DNA of 64,000 nucleotides. Origin: Chloroflexota bacterium (GTDB taxonomy: Bacteria > Chloroflexota > UBA11872 > VXOZ01). Position 1 is the stretch's first letter. Each line of letters starts with the position of its first letter. Shown one piece after another: positions 38,062 through 45,404 of this stretch. A program made the translations under genes and the position numbers. The stretch is taken from assembly GCA_965208315.1 (NCBI GenBank), contig OZ242329.1, positions 3,371,080 to 3,435,079 on the forward strand, given 5' to 3'. Under the pieces are notes generated by a model that saw nothing but the letters and a program-made list of their open reading frames with translations, was not told the DNA's origin and searched no databases.

Positions 38062-39876
38062 ATGGCACTCCCAGCCTTTGAACGCCAGGTTCTCGTCGAA
38101 CGCGCTTTCCGTGTCTTAGAGGAAGGCGCGAGCGCGATGAGTGTTGCGGCTCTTGCACAGGCCGCGATGCAAATGAACGGTGAACTGCCTGCTCCCCTGC
38201 TGCGCCTCATCGAAGAGAAACTCGTTGCCGACGGCCGCTTCGTCCAGGATGCCGCCGGCAACTGGGGCTTGGCGCAGTGGCAGCAGAATACCGAAGACTC
38301 GCTCGCCACACAGGTTTTCGTGGTGCTCGACGTCGAAACCACCGGCGGCATAGCGGGACGCCACCGCATCATCGAGTTGGGCGCGGTGCGCATCTGCAAC
38401 GGCGAGGAGATTGCTCACTTCAATTCCCTCGTCAATCCCGGGCAACGGGTAAGCAAGCGCATCTGGCAGCTCACCGGCATTAGCGACGACATGCTGTGCG
38501 ATGCGCCGTCAGCCGGTCCGGTGCTCGATGAACTCTACGCCTTCATCGACCACGTACCGGTCGTGGGGCATAACGTCGCCGCCGATCTCAATTTCCTGCT
38601 GAGCGAGGCGCTTTGGACGAAGCGTCGTCCGCTGGCCAACCTCACCATCGACACGGTGCTCCTGAGCGCGCGGCTCTTCCCTGAGATCAAGCGGCCGAGC
38701 CTGGAACGTCTGGCGCGCTACTTTGGCCTGAACGATGCGCCTAAGCACCGCGCGCTCACCGATGCCCGCGTCACCGCCCAGTGCTTTGCGCGTCTCCTCG
38801 CTCAGGTTCCCGATGGGCACCGAGCGAGCATGCGGACGTTCGTGGACTGGATGGAAGACGGTCAAGGGCAGCGCCTGCCCGTCCGCCGCGCCGCGCTGCA
38901 GGCCCAGATTCGAGTCATTCCCGCGCTGCCTGGCGTCTATATCTTTCGGGATAGCGACGGGGCCGTGCTCTACGCGGGAAAGTCGAAATCGCTCCAGCGT
39001 CGCGTGCGCAGCCACCTTTCAAACCCCGACCGGCTCTTCGACGGCATGATTGAACGCCTTGACCGCATTGACTTCGAGATTACGGGCTCCGAGTTCGAGG
39101 CGCTGCTGCGCGAAGCGCAGATCATCCAGGAGTTGCAACCTGTTTATAACGTGCAGCAGCAGTACCGCCCGCTACAGCCCTACGTCCGCGTGTGGCGCAG
39201 CCAGCAGGCCGGCATAAAGGTGCGCACGAGCAGCCGGTTGCGGCCGGATGATGCGGCGTACTTTGGTCCTTACCGCAACCGGGCGGCCGCGGCTTGGAAT
39301 GCGCGCGTGGCCCGCCGTCTCTTGGACGCCACAGCCGCTCTTTCGGCGCAAGATCAGGCGAACCTCGTCTTTCAGTTCCTATCCGAGGGGCCGGAAGCCG
39401 TCGTTGACCGGTGGCAGGACCGCGATTCTCCCGCTGCTGCCGGGGCGCTGCAAATCCTGCGCCGCCTCCGCGCCCACCACCGCCCGCTCTCAGGAGGGTT
39501 TGCCGGACACACCATCCTACTCATCTATCCGGCGGATCCGCCGGGCAAGGTGCATCTCTTCTTCGTGCGCAACGGCCAGATGCTGGGACGGGAAACCCTC
39601 GCGCCGGCAACGGAAGCAGTGCTGGAAGAAACGCTGCGCGGGCATTTTGCCCACTACCTCTCGTTGCCCGAAAGCGCGGCGTCTGCCGATACCATTCGCC
39701 ACTTCATACTGCAGTGGGTCTATCAGCACCGCGACGATCCGGCCGTCATCCCTATCAATCCCGCCTGTGTGCAGGATGCCATGGCAGCAGCAAGCAAACG
39801 GCTGGAGCGCCTCGGCGTGGTGGAGCCTGTCACGATGGGTGGTTCAGCAACCGTGCAAGAAACGCTGCTTGGCTAG
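38062..39876 (+). CDS. DEDDh 3'-5' exonuclease (DnaQ-like) fused to a UvrC/Cho-like GIY-YIG nuclease, with N-terminal wHTH-like extension
   Basis: LDVETTG, GHNVAAD, HRALTDA; then PGVYIFRD..LYAGKSKSLQRRVRSH and EFEALLREA. Confidence 0.88.
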   Translation: MALPAFERQVLVERAFRVLEEGASAMSVAALAQAAMQMNGELPAPLLRLIEEKLVADGRFVQDAAGNWGLAQWQQNTEDSLATQVFVVLDVETTGGIAGRHRIIELGAVRICNGEEIAHFNSLVNPGQRVSKRIWQLTGISDDMLCDAPSAGPVLDELYAFIDHVPVVGHNVAADLNFLLSEALWTKRRPLANLTIDTVLLSARLFPEIKRPSLERLARYFGLNDAPKHRALTDARVTAQCFARLLAQVPDGHRASMRTFVDWMEDGQGQRLPVRRAALQAQIRVIPALPGVYIFRDSDGAVLYAGKSKSLQRRVRSHLSNPDRLFDGMIERLDRIDFEITGSEFEALLREAQIIQELQPVYNVQQQYRPLQPYVRVWRSQQAGIKVRTSSRLRPDDAAYFGPYRNRAAAAWNARVARRLLDATAALSAQDQANLVFQFLSEGPEAVVDRWQDRDSPAAAGALQILRRLRAHHRPLSGGFAGHTILLIYPADPPGKVHLFFVRNGQMLGRETLAPATEAVLEETLRGHFAHYLSLPESAASADTIRHFILQWVYQHRDDPAVIPINPACVQDAMAAASKRLERLGVVEPVTMGGSATVQETLLG

Positions 39877-39903
39877 AGAAGCGTAGCGCGCCTCGCGTCC
39901 CCG

Positions 39904-40161
39904 GTAGCGCAGGTTTGCAACCTGCGTCCGCCTGTCGCACGTTGTTCCTGTGATTGGGTGCTTCTCTTCACTGCCACAACGCTGGGGTTGCCCCTCACCC
40001 CGGTCTATACACCACCCCAGGGGGAGGGAGCAATGTGCCCCAATGAGCGTACCGCCTTGACCTTAATGCGACAGCATTGGGGCTTGCCCCCGCTCTGGAC
40101 CCCGTGCACGCGGTGCGGAGAAGATGGATTCCGCGCCCCCGCACCGGGGCGAGCTTGCGCG
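39904..40161. repeat. Dense intergenic repeat cluster (family-C GTAG REP, CCCTCACCCC element, mini-MITE 40037-40083, CGTC variant)
   Basis: GTAGCGCAGGTTTGCAACCTGCG (39904-39926; also 43743-43769 and partial 25148); GCCCCAATG...CATTGGGGC inverted ends; GATGGATTCCGCGCCCCGCACCGGGGCG. Confidence 0.7.
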
Positions 40162-40243
40162 CAAAAGACAGCCCGGAGTGCATCGCGCCTGACACCGGTG
40201 CGCGTGCTGTCTCAGGAACCATCCTCAAGGCTAACCTGACGCC

Positions 40244-40663
40244 TCACCGCCGGCGCTTCTGTATCTCGGCGCGCTCCTCCGGCGTCAGATTGACGATGAA
40301 GAGAATGCCCGTAACCAGCGCGGGAAGCGCGGCGAAGCACCAGACCAGCATGTCCGCGACGCTCTGCATCCGCACGACGAGCAGAGAAGAGAGCAGGAAC
40401 CCCGCGATCAGCCAATACACGCCGCCCGCCAGCGGATGACGGCGGGTCGCGATGCCCCCCGCAATCCCAATGCCTACCGGTATGAAGTGCACGACCAGGC
40501 TATCCTGCGGGAGGTCGGGGATGCCTATCCACGGACCCACCCCCACAATGCCCCAGACAAAGATCCAGAGCAGCATCAACGCCCAAGCAAAGCGGCGGTA
40601 GTGCTGAATGCGAGGCGACGGCTCTGTGGCGTTCTTCTTTTCTCCCTTGGGCATAACTGCCAC
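40244..40663 (-). CDS. Small membrane protein (3-4 TM), function unknown
   Basis: Hydrophobic helices with a charged N- and C-terminus; RBS-like AGGCAG upstream. Confidence 0.7.
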   Translation of the reverse strand: MAVMPKGEKKNATEPSPRIQHYRRFAWALMLLWIFVWGIVGVGPWIGIPDLPQDSLVVHFIPVGIGIAGGIATRRHPLAGGVYWLIAGFLLSSLLVVRMQSVADMLVWCFAALPALVTGILFIVNLTPEERAEIQKRRR

Positions 40664-40833
40664 TGCCTTTCGTATACTTTGCTGCTCTGTCCTTATTGCT
40701 ACACTGCATTGTCTATTCTACATTGAGGACAGAGGGGGCTCGCTTTCGTCATTCCCTGTAAATGTTGACTAATTCGTTGACAGATTTGGAGAAAGTAAAC
40801 GGTAGTTCTCGTGTGGTTTCTTGACCACAACAC

Positions 40834-40943
40834 ATGTCATTCCGAACGAAGCGCAGCGAAGTGAGGAATCTAAAGCACTGCCCTGCACTATCAACATCTC
40901 TAGATTCCGCGAACCCTGTTCGACGCTACGCTCGGAATGACAT
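40834..40943. repeat. 110-bp palindromic element with 12-bp perfect inverted ends ATGTCATTCCGA...TCGGAATGACAT
   Basis: Also has an internal inverted pair GGAATCTA/TAGATTCC, and is enclosed by a further 9/10 inverted pair at 40776-40785 and 40952-40961. Confidence 0.7.
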
Positions 40944-41004
40944 TTGCCTACATCTGTCAGCTGGGGAGAGGGCCGGGGTGAGGGGAGATTAGTGTCGATC
41001 CGGC

Positions 41005-41778
41005 CTACTCAACCGGAGCCAATGCTATCTGCGCCGTCGTGCCGCCATCCACGTAGATCACTTGCCCGGTGACGAAGTCGGCTCCGTCGGATGACAAGAA
41101 TGCCGCGACTTTACCGATGTCCGCAGGCCGGCCCACGCGTCCCCACGGCACCTGGCGGGCGCCTTTCTCAGTAGTGTATTCCGGTTTGTCGAAGTAGCGC
41201 GGCACCTCGATGAGACCCGGTCCAATGGTATTCACCCGGACACCATGCGGCGCGAGTTCGATCGCCAGCGTGCGGGTCAGCGCGTTCACGGCGCCCTTCG
41301 TACCGGCATACGCCACGTGCAGCGGATAGCCCGCGTACCCGTGCACGGAGGAGATGTTGACGATACTGCCCCCGCCGCGTGCCAGCATGTGGGGCAGCGC
41401 CTGTTGCGCGCAGAAGAAATACCCGCGCACGTTCAGATCGAACATCAGGTTATAGTGCGCTTCCGTGGTCTCCGCAAACGGTGTCTCCACGGTGACACCG
41501 GCATTGTTGATGAGAATGTCGAGGCCGCCGAGACCCGCCGCGGCCTCGTCCACGGCGCGGCGGCACTCGGCAACGTCGGTCAGGTCAGCCTCGATTGGGA
41601 TGGCCGCGCCGCCGCCCTTCTCTATAGCCGCCACGGTCTCTTGCCCGCCGGCCACGCTATCGGCATAGTAGTGCACCGCCACCACCGCCCCCTGGCGGGC
41701 AAGCTCCAACGCAATGCCCTGACCGATGCCAATGCCCGCGCCGGTTACTAGGGCACGTCGCCCGTCAAGTGCGCTCAT
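41005..41778 (-). CDS. Short-chain dehydrogenase/reductase (FabG-like)
   Basis: [21 protein letters not shown] and VNTIGPG. Confidence 0.95.
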   Translation of the reverse strand: MSALDGRRALVTGAGIGIGQGIALELARQGAVVAVHYYADSVAGGQETVAAIEKGGGAAIPIEADLTDVAECRRAVDEAAAGLGGLDILINNAGVTVETPFAETTEAHYNLMFDLNVRGYFFCAQQALPHMLARGGGSIVNISSVHGYAGYPLHVAYAGTKGAVNALTRTLAIELAPHGVRVNTIGPGLIEVPRYFDKPEYTTEKGARQVPWGRVGRPADIGKVAAFLSSDGADFVTGQVIYVDGGTTAQIALAPVE

Positions 41779-41970
41779 CGTAAACTCCTTTGCTCATCGC
41801 AAGTCAGGAATATCTGTTAATTGGGACTCTTCCTATCGTCAACTTGCCAGAAACGTCTCTTGTGATTTTACGCGATAGACAGGATATCACTTGCACCGGA
41901 AGTACCGACTCATGCGCCTGCACAATGTGCGTATCAGCCTGCCGTCTCCGGCAACGCGCAAATCAATATA

Positions 41971-43350
41971 TCAGGATTGAGACGATACTTGAGCGACGAG
42001 CGGGCGGATATCGTCCCACTCCTCAATGTGTTCAAGATCGGTAAAGACGGATTCTGCCGTTTCTGCGTCCAGTGGATGGTGTGCGTACACGGCGCACGCG
42101 AGGAATTTCGCTAAGCGTTCCGACCGCGTCAGCGGCAAGCTCGGTTCGCCCTTGATGTCGGTGTGGGTGATGGCTGCCTGTCTCCCGTCTTGCAGCCGCA
42201 GCGTGAGGCGTTCGTGCGTGCCGGGTTCGGCGTCGGACAAGCGGTGCACGCGAATCCGTTCGGCTAGCATTTGCACATCCGTCGCCGCGCGCACCGCTTC
42301 AGGCACGAAATCCGCCAGCCCAGGCGCGCCGTGGAGCAACGTATGGGCCACCGTCCACTGCGCGCTGAACTGCGCGTCCACCTGCGGATTCTGCCGCACG
42401 CGGAAAGGCTGACCGATCAGCGCAAACGCGCGTGGGTGCAGCCAGACGTCCACGGCGGCGATGGTTGCCGGATCGAACGGCTGCAACTGCGCTTTGGCCT
42501 CTAGTGCCATGTCAATCGGCCGGTGCGCCGCCCGGCAGCACGGGTACGGCTTCAAGGCGATGTCGTCCACGGCGAAGCGCTCGCCCAGTCCTGCCGTGAG
42601 GACAGCCGCGTCACCCTTGCCGCCGCCAAAGAGCGCGTGGAGTCCAAAAGCGCCTGTCGTAAGCGCGCGCGGGCCGGTGACGCCAATTGCGGCCAGCGCC
42701 GCGGCATGCACGCCCGCACGCGCGCTGAACGCCGGCGTGAGGCGCTTCGCGATAGTCCCTTCCAAGAGTCCTTGGCGGTTGCCTTGCGCCTGCGTGTACG
42801 CCAGCCCGACGGCATTCGCAATACCCTCTGTTGACAAGCCGAGCAGCTTCCCGCTGACCGCCGCCGCGCCCAGCCCGCCAAAGACCGCCGTCGGCAGCCA
42901 GCCCACGTGCATGTGGGGCAGCACGGAGAGACCGAGACGAACCTGCAACTCCGCCGCGCCGGCGAGAGCGGTGATGAATTCGCGCCCCCCAATCGGTTTG
43001 TCAAGGCTCTCGGCGGTGGCAAGCGCTGCGGGCAGGAGCGTCACGTAGACATGCTGGTTTGAAGCGCGGTGCGAATCGTCGAAGTCGTGGGCGTGGATCA
43101 TGGCCGCATTGAGCCAGGCTGCCGTCGGCGCGGGCAGGCGGTGGCCGTACGCCAGCACCGTCGCCTCAGGCGCGCCGCCCCATTGCACGTGTCGCGCTAC
43201 GATTTCCGGGGTCAAGGGCACCGCCGATCCAGCCAAGGCACACGCCAACCCATCGGCAAGCTGCGCCTTGACAGCTGCTACCGCAGCCGGTGGCAACTGC
43301 TCGTACCTCAGTTCGGCAACGAATGAGACGAGCGCTTCTACAGGTTCCAT
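41971..43350 (-). CDS. MmgE/PrpD-family protein (start reassigned to MEPVEALV at 43350)
   Basis: AAWLNAAMIHAHDFDDSH, KPYPCC, AQFSAQW and KGEP. Confidence 0.9.
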   Translation of the reverse strand: MEPVEALVSFVAELRYEQLPPAAVAAVKAQLADGLACALAGSAVPLTPEIVARHVQWGGAPEATVLAYGHRLPAPTAAWLNAAMIHAHDFDDSHRASNQHVYVTLLPAALATAESLDKPIGGREFITALAGAAELQVRLGLSVLPHMHVGWLPTAVFGGLGAAAVSGKLLGLSTEGIANAVGLAYTQAQGNRQGLLEGTIAKRLTPAFSARAGVHAAALAAIGVTGPRALTTGAFGLHALFGGGKGDAAVLTAGLGERFAVDDIALKPYPCCRAAHRPIDMALEAKAQLQPFDPATIAAVDVWLHPRAFALIGQPFRVRQNPQVDAQFSAQWTVAHTLLHGAPGLADFVPEAVRAATDVQMLAERIRVHRLSDAEPGTHERLTLRLQDGRQAAITHTDIKGEPSLPLTRSERLAKFLACAVYAHHPLDAETAESVFTDLEHIEEWDDIRPLVAQVSSQS

Positions 43351-43836
43351 TGTTGCATTTCCCGGTCGCTTTGCCTCTTGCAATCGCTTGCTACGCACAG
43401 ACCCTTGCCAATATGCCTGTTTCGCCTGCGTTGTCAGCGTGAGCGCAAGGCGCTGTGCGCGGCCTGTCAGGCTCCATGCGCGCCGTGTCGCACTGCCACG
43501 CGGGCGACTATCGTGCGGTGTCTTTGGCATCTCGTTAGGGATCGTGCCGGCTGCCGACCGATTCTCCCTTTGAAATCCTCTACCAAACGGGATAACTTTG
43601 CAAAACCTGCAGCGGCAGCGCGCATGGAGGCTCGCTCTTGGAGGAAGGGCCGTAGTGAGGAATTCATACGGGACCAGGAAACACCGCTGTCCCAGCCAGG
43701 TTAGGCGAGCACCCTCGTTGCCCAACCGTTTTGGGTTGATAGGTAGCGTAGGTTTGTAACCTGCGCTATCTCCCCGCACTGCTGCTTACACCTACTTTCA
43801 TCACAATGTAGCCGGACTACTGGCTGCCCGTCACAA

Positions 43837-43866
43837 TTGACGCTGCTAGGAACGGCTTCGTATAAT
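43837..43866 (+). promoter_or_regulatory. Sigma70 promoter of the tRNA pair
   Basis: TTGACG-18 nt-TATAAT, 40 nt upstream of the first tRNA. Confidence 0.7.
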
Positions 43867-43906
43867 GCAAGGGAGTCACGCGCATGACTTTAACACAGCG
43901 TGGCTA

Positions 43907-43979
43907 GGGCCCATAGCTCAGCGGTTAGAGCTGCTCCCTCATAAGGAGAAGGTCCCTGGTTCGAATCCAGGTGGGCCCA
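43907..43979 (+). tRNA. tRNA with CAU anticodon, probably tRNA-Ile2 (lysidine type); CCA not encoded
   Basis: GGGCCCA/TGGGCCC acceptor stem, GCTC/GAGC D-stem, CTCATAA loop (CAT at 43940-43942) and GGTTCGAATCC T-arm. Ile2 vs Met is inferred from resemblance only. Confidence 0.9.
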
Positions 43980-44079
43980 CTTGTCTGTGCCAATCGGAGC
44001 CTGTCCGCCAGGCAGGTTTCCTCGCAGATTGACTCGTACCCAACGACATGTTTCTTGGCACTCTAACGCTTCGCTCCTG

Positions 44080-44114
44080 TCCCCTCTCCCTGAGGGAGAG
44101 GGTTAGGGTGAGGG
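44080..44114. repeat. CCCCTCTCCCTGAGGGAGAGGGTTAGGGTGAGGG element in the tRNA spacer
   Basis: Hairpin CCCTCTCCC-tga-GGGAGAGGG; related sequences at about 39990-40029 and 40962-40986. Confidence 0.6.
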
Positions 44115-44169
44115 TGAAACGCCGGAACGTCTTGGCGTTGCAGAGGTACAAACTGGCGCAGGCGCAATT

Positions 44170-44244
44170 GGCGGGGTAGCTCAAAGGCAGAGCGGGGGAC
44201 TCATAAGCCCTAGGTTGTGAGTTCGAGTCTCACCCCCGCCACCA
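44170..44244 (+). tRNA. tRNA with CAU anticodon, probably elongator tRNA-Met; CCA encoded
   Basis: GGCGGGG/CCCCGCC acceptor stem with paired 1-72 (not initiator), CTCATAA loop, GTTCGAGTC T-loop and ACCA end. Confidence 0.9.
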
Positions 44245-44247
44245 CAC

Positions 44248-44299
44248 AAACGCAAAAGCACCTATAAAACACGCTGCACCCCAGCGTGCTTTTGCGTTT
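44248..44299. terminator. Bidirectional terminator-like inverted repeat between the tRNAs and the convergent pentapeptide gene
   Basis: AAACGCAAAAGCAC (44248-44261) is perfectly complementary to GTGCTTTTGCGTTT (44286-44299). Confidence 0.65.
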
Positions 44300-44315
44300 A
44301 AGATGCCTTGAGCGC

Positions 44316-45404
44316 CTACGCCACGTCATTGAGCGGATTGCCGCGCCAAACTAACGGTTTGCCTGTTTCAGAGTCAACAGTGCCTTCTAACTTGGGTGGA
44401 TTCTTGGGGTCAGCGCACGCTTCATCCAACTGAGATTGTGTCAGATTCTCCGCCCCCTGCAGTTTGGCGTCGGACAGGTTCGCTCCAGAGAGATGTGCGC
44501 CAGACAGGTTCGCTCCACTTAGCCACGCATTAGACAGGTTTGCGAAGAAAAGAGACGCACTAGAGAAGTTCGCTTTCCAAAGATATGTGCTCGATAAGTT
44601 CGCTCTCGACAGTTCCGCATCGGAAAAATCACTCATACTAAGCATACTCGCCAGATTGGCGCCCTGTAAATCGAGCCTATAGTAAGCTGATCGTTCTAAG
44701 GCAATTCTGGAATGCCCGCGATTCTGAATCGCTTCAACGACCGCCTTGACGTCTTCCCGCATTTGCGACCAAGGATTAGGCCTCAACCGATCCAGCAAAT
44801 CCTGCAATTGCGCATCAGCCTCACTCATCTCCGAACCGAAATCCTCGGTTGGTTGTACTGATTCCAGGGTATTGTCTTTAGTCGGATGACGTGCAAACGC
44901 GCAGAAGAGGCGCATGATCTGGATATGGTACTGCTCCGGATGCTCTTCAGCCAGACGTTGCAGCGCGTAGATGCCACCCAAGCGCACTGAGAGGACATCG
45001 TTGCCGAGCATCTCGGAGCCCTTTTGGTAGCGATCATTCAGTAGGTTCTGTTCCGCAGTCTTAGCCTGCCGCCCTGCGACCCAACTGCGCCAACCAGCGA
45101 TCAGCAAGGCAACGAAACCTGCGATCAACAACCCGACATTGCGAAGCGTCGATGAGTTGGTTTCTTCCCTGTTTTGTCTGCCCGGTGTGGTTGCCAACCA
45201 ACCCCACAAATCGTTGCTTAGCCAATCCCAGTACTTGAAAGTGAGCCAGACAATGACCAAGACAGTAGCTGTAACTAACAGCCACGCGTACTGCCGCACT
45301 CTAGCCCAAACAAAGGTTAAGACACGAAGAATCCACTGCTTGCCGCGACGCCAACGCGCAGTGAACGCTGTCCAGCCTGTTCGTATCCAGGTAAATCGGC
45401 TCAA
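44316..45404 (-). CDS. Membrane-anchored pentapeptide-repeat protein
   Basis: Two TM segments, VRLGGIYALQRLA motif, about 13 A(N/H/K)L(S/Q)x pentapeptides near the C-terminus. TTG start overlaps the stop of the upstream R-M gene; true start uncertain. Confidence 0.88.
   Translation of the reverse strand: MSRFTWIRTGWTAFTARWRRGKQWILRVLTFVWARVRQYAWLLVTATVLVIVWLTFKYWDWLSNDLWGWLATTPGRQNREETNSSTLRNVGLLIAGFVALLIAGWRSWVAGRQAKTAEQNLLNDRYQKGSEMLGNDVLSVRLGGIYALQRLAEEHPEQYHIQIMRLFCAFARHPTKDNTLESVQPTEDFGSEMSEADAQLQDLLDRLRPNPWSQMREDVKAVVEAIQNRGHSRIALERSAYYRLDLQGANLASMLSMSDFSDAELSRANLSSTYLWKANFSSASLFFANLSNAWLSGANLSGAHLSGANLSDAKLQGAENLTQSQLDEACADPKNPPKLEGTVDSETGKPLVWRGNPLNDVA

Noticed and set aside
43351-43779. 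143-aa N-terminal extension of the MmgE/PrpD ORF
   Set aside because: Compositionally random, crosses a REP, and family similarity starts at MEPVEALV (43350).
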